DNA of 64,000 nt. It comes from Balanoglossus misakiensis. Lineage: Eukaryota; Animalia; Hemichordata. The stretch spans positions 711,740-775,739 of the forward strand of contig CM082578.2 in the NCBI GenBank assembly GCA_040954595.2. Direction: 5' to 3'. The notes beneath the pieces were generated by a model. The model saw only the letters and a list, made by a program, of their open reading frames with translations. It did not search any database and was not told where the DNA came from. A program made the translations under genes and the position numbers. Each line of letters starts with the position of its first letter. Position 1 is the first letter of the stretch. Below, piece after piece: positions 1 through 12,899 of the stretch.

Positions 1-3000
1 TTATATTTTCCACTTTTTGAAAGTGAAGCCTGACTGTCGCCTGTCTTAGGTCACCACTTCATAAGCGGTCTTACCCGTCATTGGCACAAACAGTCTCAGG
101 AAGTAAGCTTTCAGCCTGCCATTGTAGCTATTGTATTTTCCACTTTTTATAAGTGAAGCCTGACTGTCGCCTGTCTTAGGTCACCACTTCATAAGCGGTC
201 TTACCCGTCATTGGCACAAACAGTCTCAGGAAGTAAGCTTTCAGCCTGCCAATGTAGCTATTGTATTTTCCACTTTTTGTAATTGAAGCCTGACTGTCGC
301 CTGTCTTGTGTCACCACTTCATAAGCGGTCTTACCCGTCGTTGGCACAAACAGTCTCAGGAAGTAAGCTTTCAGCCTACCAATGTAGCTATTATATTTTC
401 CACTTTTTGTAAGTGAAGCCTGACTGTCGCCTGTCTTAGGTCACCACTTCATAAGTGGTCTTACCCGTCATTGGCACAAACAGTCTCAGGAAGTAAGCTT
501 TCAGCCTACCAATGTAGCTTTTATATTTTCCACTTTTTGTAGGTGAAGCCTGACTGTCGCCTGTCTTAGGTCACCACTTCATAAGCGGTCTTACCCGTCA
601 TTGGCACAAACAGTCTCAGGAAGTAAGCTTTCAGCCTACCAATGTAGCTATTATATTTTCCATTTTTTGTAAGTGAAGCCTGACTGTCGCCTGTCTTAGG
701 TCACCACCTCATAAGCGGTCTTAACCGTCATTGGCACAAACAGTCTCAGGAAGTAAGCTTTCAGCCTACCAATGTAGCTATTATATTTTCCACTTTTTGT
801 AAGTGAAGCCTGACTGTCGCCTGTCTTAGGTCACCACTTCATAAGCGGTCTTACCCGTAATTGGCACAAACAGTCTCAGGAAGTAAGCTTTCAGCCTACC
901 AATGTAGCTATTATATTTTCCACTTTTTGTAAGTGAAGCCTGACTGTCGCCTGTCTTAGGTCACCACTTCATAAGCGGTCTTACCCGTCATTGGCACAAA
1001 CAGTCTCAGGAAGTAAGCTTTCAGCCTACCAATGTAGCTATTGTTTTGTAAGTGAAGCCTGACTGTCGCCTGTCTTAGGTCACCACTTCATAAGCGGTCT
1101 TACCCGTCATTGGAACAATCAGTCTCAGGAAGTAAGCTTTCAGCCTACCAATGTAGCTATTATATTTTCCACTTTTTGTAAGTGAAGCCTGACTGTCGCC
1201 TGTCTTAGGTCACCATTTCATAAGCGGTCTTACCCGTCATTGGCACAAACAGTCTCAGGGAGTAAGCTTTCAGCCTACCAATGTAGCTATTATATTTTCC
1301 ACTTTTTGAAAGTGAAGCCTGACTGTCGCCTGTCTTAGGTCACCACTTCATAAGCGGTCTTACCCGTCATTGGCACAAACAGTCTCAGAAAGTAAGCTTT
1401 CAGCCTACCAATGTAGCTATTATATTTTCCACTTTTTGTAAGTGAAGCCTGACTGTCGCCTGTCTTAGGTCACCACTTCATAAGCGGTTTTACCCGTCAT
1501 TGGCACAAACAGTCTCAGGAAGTAAGCTTTCAGCCTACCAATGTAGCTATTATATTTTCCACTTTTCGTAAGTGAAGCCTGACTGTCGCCTGTCTTAGGT
1601 CACCACTTCATAAGCGGTTTTACCCGTCATTGGCACAAACAGTCTCAGGAAGTAAGCTTTCAGCCTACCAATGTAGCTATTATATTTTCCACTTTTTGTA
1701 AGTGAAGCCTGACTGTCGCCTGTCTTAGGTCACCACTTCATAAGCGGTCTTACCCGTCATTGGCACAAACAGTCTCAGGAAGTAAGCTTTCAGCCTACCA
1801 ATGTAGCTATTATATTTTCCACTTTTTGTAAGTGAAGCCTGACTGTCGCCTGTCTTAGGTCACCACTTCATAAGTGGTCTTACCCGTCATTGGCACAAAC
1901 AGTCTCAGGAAGTAAGCTTTCAGCCTACCAATGTAGCTTTTATATTTTCCACTTTTTGTAGGTGAAGCCTGACTGTCGCCTGTCTTAGGTCACCACTTCA
2001 TAAGCGGTCTTACCCGTCATTGGCACAAACAGTCTCAGGAAGTAAGCTTTCAGCCTACCAATGTAGCTATTATATTTTCCACTTTTTGTAAGTGAAGCCT
2101 GACTGTCGCCTGTCTTTGGTCACCACTTCATAAGCGGTCTTACCCGTCATTGGCACAAACAGTCTCAGGAAGTAAGCTTTCAGCCTACCAATGTAGCTAT
2201 TATATTTTCCACTTTTTGTAAGTGATGCCTGACTGTCGCCTGTCTTAGGTCACCACTTCATAAGCGGTCTTACCCGTCATTGGCACAAACAGTCCCAGGA
2301 AGTAAGCTTTCAGCCTACCAATGTAGCTATTATATTTTCCACTTTTTGTAAGTGAAGCCTGACTGTCGCCTGTCTTAGGTCACCACTTCATAAGTGGTCT
2401 TACCCGTCATTGGCACAAACAGTCTCAGGAAGTAAGCTTTCAGCCTACCAATGTAGCTTTTATATTTTCCACTTTTTGTAGGTGAAGCCTGACTGTCGCC
2501 TGTCTTAGGTCACCACTTCATAAGCGGTCTTACCCGTCATTGGCACAAACAGTCTCAGGAAGTAAGCTTTCAGCCTACCAATGTAGCTATTATATTTTCC
2601 ACTTTTTGTAAGTGAAGCCTGACTGTCGCCTGTCTTTGGTCACCACTTCATAAGCGGTCTTACCCGTCATTGGCACAAACAGTCTCAGGAAGTAAGCTTT
2701 CAGCCTACCAATGTAGCTATTATATTTTCCACTTTTTGTAAGTGATGCCTGACTGTCGCCTGTCTTAGGTCACCACTTCATAAGCGGTTTTACCCGTCAT
2801 TGGCACAAACAGTCTCAGGAAGTTTGCTTTCAGCCTACCAATGTAGCTATTGTATTTTCCACTTTTTGTAAGTGAAGCCTGACTGTCGCCTGTCTTAGGT
2901 CACCACTTCATAAGCGGTCTTACCCGTCATTGGCACAAACAGTCTCAGGAAGTAAGCTTTCAGCCTACCAATGTAGCTATTATATTTTCCACTTTTTGTA

Positions 3001-3745
3001 AGTGAAGCCTGAGTGTCGCCTGTCTTAGGTCACCACTTCATAAGAGGTCTTACCCGTCATTGGCACAAACAGTCTCAGGAAGTAAGCTTTCAGCCTACCA
3101 ATGTAGCTATTATATTTTCCACTTTTTGTAAGTGAAGCCTGAGTGTCGCCTGTCTTAGGTCACCACTTCATAAGAGGTCTTACCCGTCATTGGCACAAAC
3201 AGTCTCAGGAAGTAAGCTTTCAGCCTACCAATGTAGCTATTATATTTTCCACTTTTTGTAAGTGAAGCCTGACTGTCGCCTGTCTTAGGTCACCACTTCA
3301 TAAGCGATCGTACCCGTCATTTGCACAAACAGTCTCAGGAAGTAAGCTTTCAGCCTACCAATGTAGCTATTATATTTTCCACTTTTTGTAAGTGAAGCCT
3401 GACTGTCGCCTGTCTTAGGTCACCACTTCATAAGCAGTCTTACCCGTCATTGGCACAAACAGTCTCAGGAAGTAAGCTTTCAGCCTACCAATGTAGCTAT
3501 TATATTTTCCACTTTTTGTAAGTGAAGCCTGACTGTCGCCTGTCTTAGGTCACCACCTTATAAGCGGTCTTACCCGTCATTGGCACAAACAGTCTCAGGA
3601 AGTAAGCTTTCAGCCTACCAATGTAGCTATTATATTTTCCACTTTTTGTAAGTGAAGCCTGACTGTCGCCTGTCTTAGGTCACCACCTTATAAGCGGTCT
3701 TACCCGTCATTGGCACAAACAGTCTCAGGAAGTAAGCTTTCAGCC
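1..3745. repeat. 130-bp tandem satellite, ~29 copies (array continues off the left edge)
   Basis: Unit TTATATTTTCCACTTTTTGTAAGTGAAGCC...AATGTAGCTA recurs at 1, 131, 261, 391 and onward. There is an 11-bp deletion near 1041 and an AAGCTT in nearly every unit. The array ends abruptly at ...TTTCAGCC 3745. Confidence 0.98.
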
Positions 3746-4594
3746 GAACCGGACCCAACGACACCGACCCATAATTATACCTTTGCAAGAAGAGAAATGA
3801 ACGTAACACAACAGCCAGAAATTATGGATTCATGTGGCGTTCTCACTGGCATGTTCACACCGTGCTACAACGGTGTAGATTTGACACCGACGGAAAAAAA
3901 CTAGTGAGAACGCTTTACGCCGGTATTACGCCGGTGTTGATTTGCGACGGCGATGGGTGGCGGGTCAGGGCCAGTGCTGGGCCAGCGCTCCGACGCAAAT
4001 AGTCAGTGAGAACGCAAAGATAAACAAACACCGTTCAAAAGCGCCTCCCTGCAGTGACTTTTGGGTATGTTTATTAGGTATAGCCCATTTTCTTTGGTCA
4101 GTTTCCATTGTTAAGTCAATCACACTGGACGCGAGTGGTTTTCAAACCATTCGCAGTTTGCCAGGTCTGCAACACTCCTGTCTGCTACCAACTTTCAGAA
4201 GGTTCTCTCGATCACCGAAAAGCTGAGGCATTTTCCATTTATGGATTAACATTCATTTACTTCTAAACATTATCAAAACTGTCACAAAGTCGTCTAGAAC
4301 GCATATGCAGGTATAGAAACTGAAACATGTTGCTGTAATGTCCGCGACGTCCTCAATTTTGTTAGTTGCCGTGTTGCTAAACATGGCCATTTAGACGGTG
4401 TTTATTTCAAAACAGTGGCCAAAAGTTTAGTGTGTGGACGCACGGAGATTCTGTGGGCTAATCCCCTGTGTTTGCAGAGAGTAAACACTGGCATAACACT
4501 GGTGTCGAAACTTTTAGTGAGAACAAGACTATAATGACAACAGCAGGATTTACATCAATGAAAACCTTACACAAAGAAGAAAATCGTTCGGTCG

Positions 4595-5950
4595 TCAATC
4601 AATCAATCAATCAATCAAAACAAACATTTATAAAGCGCCAGAATCAATAACAATGTTATTTCCAAAGGCGCTGAAAGTATAACATCAGTGTTCGTAGGCT
4701 TTGAGAAATAGAAATGTCTTGAGTTTTTGTTTGAAAATGTTGAGACTAGAAGCCTGTTGAATGTCAGATGGCAGAGAATTCCAAAGTTGTGGCGCGACAA
4801 CGGAAAAGGCACGTCCACCATATGTTTTGAGTCTGTACTTTGGTACACACAACTGGTTCCTTGAGCTGGAGCGCAGAGCACGACTAGGCTTATATGGCTT
4901 GATCAGATCCTGAATGTAGACTGGGGCAAGACGGTTGAGAGCCTTGTATGTTAGTAGTAGAATTTTGTAGTCGAGTCTGTGTCGAGCTGGCAACCAATGG
5001 AGACTATGAAGAACTGGTGATATGTGGTTTGATTTCCTCGTGCGGGTAATGATTCTGGCTGCTGTATTTTGTGCTTTTTGAAGTAGATTAATACTGGATT
5101 CAGAAAGTCCGTACAGCAATGCATTGCAGTAATCCAGTTTAGATGACAAAACGGCATGTATTACTGTGAGACAAGTTTCCTTACTGAGATATCTTCTGAT
5201 GGATCCAATTCGACGTAAGTTGGCATATATCGACTGACAGGTTATTTGAATATGCTTGTGAAACATGTGAGTATTGTCGAAGGTAACTCCAATGTTGCGG
5301 GCAGATTTAACTGGTTGTATTTTACTGGAGCCAATGGTGATACTGTCGAAAGGAACTGGAGAATGGTTAAACTTTGAACGGATGAGAATAACTTCTGTTT
5401 TGGAGTCGTTGAGTTGCAACATGTTTTCCGTCATCCAGTGCTTGATGTCACAGATACCGGCCTCGATGGAACTGACAGCGGTTGATGAATCATTTTGGGA
5501 GAAGGACAGGTATAATTGATTGTCATCTGCATATTGGTGAAATTCCAGGTCATGTTGTCGAATAAGTTTCCCTTGTGGAGAGATGTATATGGTGAACAAA
5601 AGTGGTCCGAGGACTGACCCTTGTGGTACGCCACACTGAAGAGGACGGGGTTTACTGGTGACATTTCCAATAATTACTGACTGATGTCTGTCCATGAGAT
5701 ACGATTCGAACCATTTGAGGGCGACATCTGTAATGCCAAGGTCCGAGAGCCGGTTTAACAGTAAGCTGTGGTCAATGGTGTCAAATGCAGCTGAAAGATC
5801 CAAAAGGACAAGTATGACACACTTTCCGGAGTCGAGAGACATGCAAATGTCGTCATGAACTTTCAGGAGAGCGGTTTCAGTACTGTGGTATTGTCTGTAT
5901 GCAGATTGTAGTGGTTCCAATAGTGAGTTAGCGGTGAGATAAGTGGTGAG
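4595..5950 (-). mobile_element. 5'-truncated L2/CR1-group non-LTR retrotransposon with (TTGA)n 3' tail
   Basis: RT ORF on the minus strand. The 3' UTR has an AGCGCC...GGCGCTTTATAAAT stem followed by a TTGA microsatellite tail (4595-4617). RT homology starts abruptly near 5950. Confidence 0.9.
4685..5950 (-). CDS. Reverse transcriptase, C-terminal part of ORF2 (L2/CR1 group), open but 5'-truncated
   Basis: Motifs QSAYRQYHSTETAL, LLDLSAAFDTIDH, GVPQGSVLGPLLF, YADD, SKLDYCN and WNSLP...FKQKLKTFLF. The first ~43 aa of the tracked ORF (5950-6079) are not RT-like. Confidence 0.9.
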   Translation of the reverse strand, partial: LTTYLTANSLLEPLQSAYRQYHSTETALLKVHDDICMSLDSGKCVILVLLDLSAAFDTIDHSLLLNRLSDLGITDVALKWFESYLMDRHQSVIIGNVTSKPRPLQCGVPQGSVLGPLLFTIYISPQGKLIRQHDLEFHQYADDNQLYLSFSQNDSSTAVSSIEAGICDIKHWMTENMLQLNDSKTEVILIRSKFNHSPVPFDSITIGSSKIQPVKSARNIGVTFDNTHMFHKHIQITCQSIYANLRRIGSIRRYLSKETCLTVIHAVLSSKLDYCNALLYGLSESSINLLQKAQNTAARIITRTRKSNHISPVLHSLHWLPARHRLDYKILLLTYKALNRLAPVYIQDLIKPYKPSRALRSSSRNQLCVPKYRLKTYGGRAFSVVAPQLWNSLPSDIQQASSLNIFKQKLKTFLFLKAYEH

Positions 5951-6161
5951 TCCCATGGCGTTGCAGTGAAACTGGGACATAAAGGTCCAAACAATGAGGC
6001 TGACCACATGGTTACGGCTCCAATTACGGCAACTGTGAAGTGTAGTGGAACTGCAGATGACTGACGTTGCCCAGGGCAACGGCGAACCAGGACCCTGGAG
6101 GGCGGAGCAGCGGGACCTGATTGACAGGAGCTGTACATAGCAGTTGTGAACATAGTATATG

Positions 6162-8199
6162 TATGGCGCGTAATCGAGGCCAAAATTAACTCCTCACTTT
6201 TTGAGTGAAAACCATTTGAATCGGACTCAACCTCATTGGCTTTGAAGGTCGACACTTTTGAATCGGAGGACCACATTCGTTTTGAGCTGACACGCATTTG
6301 AATCGGACTCCCAAGCATTTGATTTGAAGGTCGACACTTTTGAATCGCCGGACCACATTTGTTTTGAGCTGACACGCATTTGAATCGGACTCAACCTCAT
6401 TTGAGTTGGGACAAACCATTTTTGACTTGGGGTACACTGCATTTGATTTGAGTGACGATACTTTTGAGTTGAGACAAACTGTTTTTGAATTTGAGTCCAC
6501 CGCGTTCCATTTGAGGCTCAACTTGTGAATGGGACACCATCTCATTTGATTTGACTCAGGTTTTTCTTCCAATTGATTGTACCAGAATGTGGCTCTCCGT
6601 AAAACAACCCTTCTTTGTAGCGATTAGCTTTGCCCAGACAACATGAAACGTCACAAAGTGTCATGCCCTACGTCACATGACGTCATTAATATATACAGGT
6701 GTTTTCTGTTACTGAACTGGGGGGTATGGAAGGACTGACCCGGAACCATATATAGGTTGTGTGTTTCATATCAGTAATAGGTTCCCGCCCGTAGGCAACG
6801 CATGTAAGTTCCCAAAAAGTTATATTAGAAACAATGAGACAGGCCTACAAGAGAAAAAAAAAGTAATGTCTATTTCTACTTTTCAAAAGAAAACATACCC
6901 AGTATGCATAGTGATCGGACACAGGGCATGACGCTTTGTGACGTTTCATGTTGTCTGGGCAAAGCTTATCGCTACAAAGAAGGGTTGTTTTACGGAGAGC
7001 CACATTCTGGTACAATCAATTGGAAGAAAAACCTGAGTCAAATCAAATGAGATGGTGTCCCATTCACAAGTTGAGCCTCAAAAGGAACGCGGTGGACTCA
7101 AATTCAAAAACCAGGGTTCGTACGCTCCTGGAAACTCCCGGAATTTGAAACCCCTCCTGGAAACTCCTGAAATCTCCTGGAAATTCAAAATTTCTCCTTG
7201 AAACTCCTGGAAAACCGCGAGTCACAATCGCATTTCACCGGATCGTGAAACAGTACGCGTTGCCCATTTCACTCAGCGCACCAGTTATCTTTAGACAGGC
7301 GTCCTATAAATAGTATCATTGACGTAGTAATGCACAAATTGCAACAACTAACGCAGCTCAGCATTCCGGTCGCAACAAAATATCTAAAACTTGACAAAAG
7401 ATGTAGCAACTTTTGTATGCAGACGACCGCGGCAGACACCCGTGAGATCGATGTTCAAGGGCAATTAGTGACGTCAAAATGAAGCAAAAAAGGCAGACGT
7501 TTTTGTGTGTTTTTTTCAGCAGCAAAGCAGTAATTTCCATCGGTAATTTGTCGATTTTATCACGACAGAAATCATTGCTTTAGGGACCGTTCTTTTTTTA
7601 CGGCCGAGGGTGTGGGGGGGGGGGGTGTCACTTAAATTTTAGCCAAATATATTAAATGATTTGGGAACCTAGGAGATCTCTTGGTGAAAATTGTTTTACT
7701 AGGCCTTCATGGGGAGGTCATTGAAATTTGTACTATCACAGTGAATGTAACAGTAATAGTAAAGTTTTTTGTTGCGTAAAACATCCTGGAAAATGGCATT
7801 TTTACCAAAAAAACTTACTGGAAATCTCCTGGAAACTCCTGTAATTTTGAATTGCTCTAGGTGTATGAACCCTGAAAAACGGTTTGTCTCAACTTAAAAG
7901 TATCGTCACTCAAATCACATGCAGTGTACCCCAAGTCAAAAATGGTTTGTCCCAACTCAAATGAGGTTGAGTCCGATTCAAATGCGTGTCAGCTCAAAAC
8001 AAATGTGGTCCGGCGATTCAAAAGTGTCGACCTTCAAAGCCAATGAGGTTGAGTCCGATTCAAATGCGTGTCAGCTCAAAACGAATGTGGTCCTCCGATT
8101 CAAAAGTGTCGACCTTCAAATCAAATGCTTGGGAGTCCGATTCAAATGCGTTTCACTCAAAAAGTGAGGTGTTAAATTTGGCCTCGATTACGCGCCATA
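6162..8199. mobile_element. Non-autonomous long-TIR DNA transposon (TATGG...CCATA termini, ~510-bp TIRs, 7-bp TSD); possibly IS3EU-like
   Basis: 6162-6669 is the inverted complement of 6922-7111 plus 7875-8199. GTATATG flanks both ends (6155-6161 and 8200-8206). The arms contain GAATCGGACTC subrepeats. Confidence 0.85.
7112..7874. mobile_element. 763-bp MITE (CAGGGTTC termini, 6-bp TSD AAAAAC) nested in the right TIR of the element above
   Basis: TIR CAGGGTTCGTAC / GTATGAACCCTG. AAAAAC is duplicated at 7106-7111 and 7875-7880, and the left arm of the host shows the empty site. Subterminal CTCCTGGAAA repeats are present at both ends. Confidence 0.85.
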
Positions 8200-8910
8200 G
8201 TATATGAAATAATTTAAAATAGTCATTGCTCTCTGGGTCCATCATTTTCAGTAGAAGTGACCTGATTTCACATCAATAGTTTACCACCCGTCATTTCCAG
8301 CTAATTTCATGTAGTACAAAACTCCTATACAACATAATGACAATTCTAGAACCTTTTTCTGCTGGTTGGGCCGACAGACTAACACTAGTGGTTCTAAAAA
8401 GAAACTTCCATAACAACCTGTACACTTGACGCGTTCAAGTCAAGGAAGACCTAACCCATTCCAAATATGCAAATTAGGAAAAGACGCATACATGCATTCC
8501 TTGCATCCCCAGAGACACACACAGGAAATCAAGTGAGTGCGGCCACTAGCTGGAAGAGCTGAATTCAATGCATTGCCTTGCGATGTTCATTATACAGGGG
8601 GGTGATGATCAATGAACAGAACAGCGGTCCACTTTCACGAGTTGTAGTGCACTGATCGTGGCAAGTTGATCATTGCAAAACAAACGACTATGTTAGATAG
8701 CAGTGCTTCACAAGTTTGGCTAATTTGTTTGAAAATCGTCTCGCCAAACACAACCTTTTTCTCGCATTTGCGATTTGGCGAGCGGGTAGCGAAAACACTG
8801 TTGGCTAATCCGTTCCGATTTCTGTCACCGTTCCAATTCTTCCTCAACACCTCAAAGCTACACACCCCTACTAGAAAATAGTATGAATTCTTGACGGACG
8901 GAAGTAGTAG

Positions 8911-11900
8911 CAGTCGAGAAACTGGGTAGTGAATTTGCATATTTTATCATCGCCGGAGCCTCGCTTTCGAACACGCGGGAGCTGCAAACATGGCGTTCGC
9001 TACCCTCGCCATTGTCATGTTAACACATTTTTAGAAGTGGTTTATCTCAGTTAAAACCCCGAAAGAAAAAGAAAAATCAACTTTTCTGAGGTATTATAAA
9101 GTAATTATTGGGATAACGAAAAAATCCGCCATTTTTAGCGTCATTTTCTTGCAATTCAAGACCTATCTCGGCACCAGTCATTACGGTGATTTATCACGCT
9201 ACGACGGGCCAACTTTCAGCGAACGGGTACGGGGTCAAGGAGGTCGTGAGCCATCACGATATTTCAATCAAATGATTTGGAAAGTTCAAGGGTACTTCAG
9301 TCCAAATATGGGAGTAGTGCCGCCTTGCAAACGCAAACGACGCAGTGTTGACTGATCCAGGTCACTTCTTCCGGGTTTCGATGTTGCGCGCGATGTGTAT
9401 GCGTCGAAGTTAGTCATGCGTACAGGTCTGTAGGTTCCCGGCGTTAATTAAAGCCGCCCGGCCGCGAACCACACGGTGTGAGCTAAAGCCCAACCTGCAC
9501 GACCCAGTCCACCAGGGCTACAATTATTGCGGCTACGGTTATGCGAAATACTGACTCTCCTTGCAAGTCACCGCGTATGTTGCATGCCCCCCCCCCTACC
9601 CCCCCCCCCCCCCCGCCACGTACAGCCACACTGAGTTAGTAACATTGGCAAATACATTTGCTAGTTTTACCCAGCAATTTCATCATCACTGTCAAGGTGC
9701 TATCATCAACTTCGAGAACATTTTCTTCTGGTAAATCATATTCTTGTTCATCCTCAATAATTTCTTCTATTTCACAATTTGTGATTTCATTATCATCATT
9801 ATTTGTTTCTTCTTCAATAATTTCATCAGTTTCTGTCTGCAGTTCCCTGCCCTTGTTATTGTATTGTTCACACAGTTCAGGCAATTACAGCCTGGGCCAC
9901 ACATCATGGCCTTCTTTTTGCATTTACATGTATTATTCCTGCATCCTGTTTTCTTACATTTACACCCTTTTGTGTAAAACATCACACGCTCTTGAACCTT
10001 CTGCATATTTTCCACAGAATCCCACAGTATATTTATTTTCCCATTTTCCACATTGTATCCTGAGTTTTCATAAGAAGGAAGTGTAATGTGATGTCGGTGA
10101 GATTGTGACCAATAACATGGGTTCTCCAACAACCAGTTTGTCCCCAACATGCATTGCATTGCTGTTTTGATTAAAATTATTTCATCCAGCTCAGCCTCTG
10201 GATTAAAATTATCAAATTATCTTGAAGTTTACATATAATTGTTTGATAACCCTGTGTCACTTCAGTGACAATTGTTTTCTTTACATTTTTCTACTGTGCG
10301 GTACAAAGACATGTAGCACTTTTTACACAGTGTGCTAGTTTCATCCAGTTTTAATCCAGGATAGTCCCTATGTTCAGTAAAGTGCTCCATTAGTAACTCT
10401 GGATTGTGGGGATATTTTAGAGTAGAAGAGGTCAAGCGTTTATGACAATGGCTAGAAATCTGGTTTTATCATCCACCCAGGTTTTGTGGCAAGAGACATT
10501 TCCACAAATGTGACACGTTTTGTCTTTTTGATGAGGTGCCTGTTCGGTACTACCCTGGGCTTGTGCTTCAAAGTATTTTTCTACACATATTCTTCAGCTA
10601 TTGCATAGACAACCAGATGGAGATAAATTCATTTCTTTTACAACCCAATCTTTGAAATTGTCTGGCTTATTTACTGTACCCGGTATGTGGTACCATCTTG
10701 GAGTTGATGATATGCTACACTTTTTTTGGGTCCACATTTTTCTTTGTCAGGGTGAGCCTGCTGACTTAATGGAAGAACTCCTCCAAACCCACTAATATAA
10801 ATGTATAAATGCATCCCCCCTTTTGTTGGTATATTTATTTGTCCATACAAGGGTTTTCCCTGAAAGAATAATTTGAAACTATCAGTATTCAAATTTAATT
10901 CCTCAGATATTGCATTTTTCAAGGAGCTGACATATGGATCTGTGAGCCGAAAAAAAATACTCATGTGAATTTAGATGAACAATTATGTCACATCCACTTG
11001 CAATCTTTTTATCAGATTGAAATGCCTGGAATTTTGATTTGAGTCTACAGAATCTGCTTTGTATGTCACATAACAGGAGTAAGGCTTGACTGCATTGTGA
11101 CAAACGTATTTTAATCATGGTTTCTGCCATAATAATGGACTTGTCTTTTATAAATTCTTGGCGACGCTTATAGCAATGATGTTTTAGAGGTCCTGACATT
11201 TTGCACACAGACTGCAGCAATTTTTTAAACTCTTGCAGTTGATTACACACTGTTTTTATTTGTTTCACTACATTATTTTTTACTTTACTCTTATCCCGCA
11301 TTTGTTAATACAAATATAATATCGATGCTCTGCCAGTCGTTAAAATGTGGAAATATGGTACTTGTAAGCTTTGTAATTATTAAATGAAGGCTTGCTAGCA
11401 GTTTTAAGCACTTTTAAAATATTTGCAACTTTTGTTTTTATTTCAGTTGAGTTTGTATACAGAACCTTGTTTTTTTCCACTTCAGAGCAGGTTTTCTTAA
11501 TTTGCAACAGTGCATTTTTACTGACAGAGTTTATGCGTGAACGATGCACCCTCCTTGTGCACAAAGACAAGGATTGACTCCACATACAATCACCATTTTT
11601 ATGCGTTTTATGGTTATCTGTAGTACAAACATGTACTTAGTAGTATAACCCTGGAAGCCAACAATGCACCAATAAATCCGAAAAAAATCCACTTCTCTGG
11701 TAAAACAATAGCAAAGTGATAGCTATGTTAATGTGAGACGAAAATATACACGATTTAGTCAAACATAAGTCCAACGAATCATGCGTGGATGCACCTCAGT
11801 GACACGATCACGATCCGATGAGAGAGTAAACAATCAGCCGCCATATTGGATTTTGCTGGCGTCGACCACCCAAAACATACTCAAATTCAATGGCCCGAAA

Positions 11901-12298
11901 CTCCACTTTGGGAAGCTTGAGCCAAAACGAAACGATATCCGTTCATATAGATATAAAACTAATACAAAAAGCACACTTGAAACAATTTTATGCTTGCAAA
12001 CGGAAACGACGCAGTGTTTATTTTACCACATTCGCTAGACGTCGCTTACAAATGATATCAGAGATCGAACAGAAATACGATAAATTTTCCACTTTCAACA
12101 CGATCGGACGATAGGTTACGTCTATCAAACCTGAGGGACGCAGTTTGGTGGCACAAATCTCACCTTTTGGTGTAGAAAAAGACGATTTTCTGAAACTGAA
12201 AGAATACACCAACGGTTCTCGAAGTAATGGTGGCGCTGTTGAAATTCAAAGTAAAATCTCATTAACATATGCAAATTCACTACCCAGTTTCTCGACTG
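8911..12298 (-). mobile_element. Academ-like DNA transposon, internally deleted and degenerate (3.4 kb)
   Basis: Perfect 32-bp TIR CAGTCGAGAAACTGGGTAGTGAATTTGCATAT (8911-8942 / 12267-12298) and 4-bp TSD GTAG. Minus-strand ORF fragments end in a Cys8 motif. Confidence 0.75.
9636..11585 (-). pseudogene. Fragmented transposase remnants: N-terminal pieces, ubiquitin-like segment, Cys8 zinc finger and acidic tail
   Basis: Collinear minus-strand ORF pieces 11340-11585, 10903-11301, 10671-10964, 9767-10159 (GCKCKKTGCRNNTCKCKKKAMMCGPGCNCLNC) and 9636-9884 (acidic). No DDE core is visible. Confidence 0.65.
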
Positions 12299-12899
12299 GT
12301 AGCTCATACCTAACTTGACAGACTCCTTTGTTTACACTTCGGAGCCAAAAAGGTTGGTGCGGGGGGGGGGGGGGGTGTCTACATTGATGCACGTGGGGAT
12401 ATGAGAAACAAAATACTTTTTTTACAAGAAAAATCTATGCCGTCTCTCTGCCTGTATGTTTCTACTACAAGCTCTTATAGAAACTAGATTATGCAATAAG
12501 TTTGCAAGACTGTATGGAAGAATATCCTGAACTCAACATTAAAGTGAAGGGGTCGTCGCGCCGCGTTTGTTTATAAACATTACAATTCATCCACAACAAA
12601 TTAGATCATTCTTAGAATGAACGAAGCTGCCAACTGTAGTGTAGACTGAGCATGGCAGCAACTGAAGATCCTAGTAGGTGGTGGCGACTGCAGTGGGGTT
12701 TGCACTGGTATGGGAGGGCATATTCTCATCAAGGTGGGACACCCTCGCGGCGCGACGACCCCTTCCCTACTGTTGCTGAAAAATACTTGTATATGAAAGT
12801 TGAAACAGTGATAGTTGCACATGAGGTATCTGATATGGCATTAACATAAACATAACAAAATAAAGTTTTGAATGTTCCTTGCAATCTGCAATTTCATGA

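Noticed and set aside
1-3745. CRISPR-like array
   Set aside because: Whole units repeat with no unique spacers, no cas genes are present, and the context is eukaryotic. The same applies to the 205-bp and 45-bp arrays.
3746-4590. Possible MITE with GTGAGAACGC/GCGTTCTCAC motifs
   Set aside because: The motifs recur, but I could not define paired termini or a TSD.
8911-12298. RAG-like/Transib or Chapaev transposon
   Set aside because: Termini begin CAG, not CAC; there is no RAG1-like core; and the 4-bp TSD with a Cys8 tail fits Academ better.
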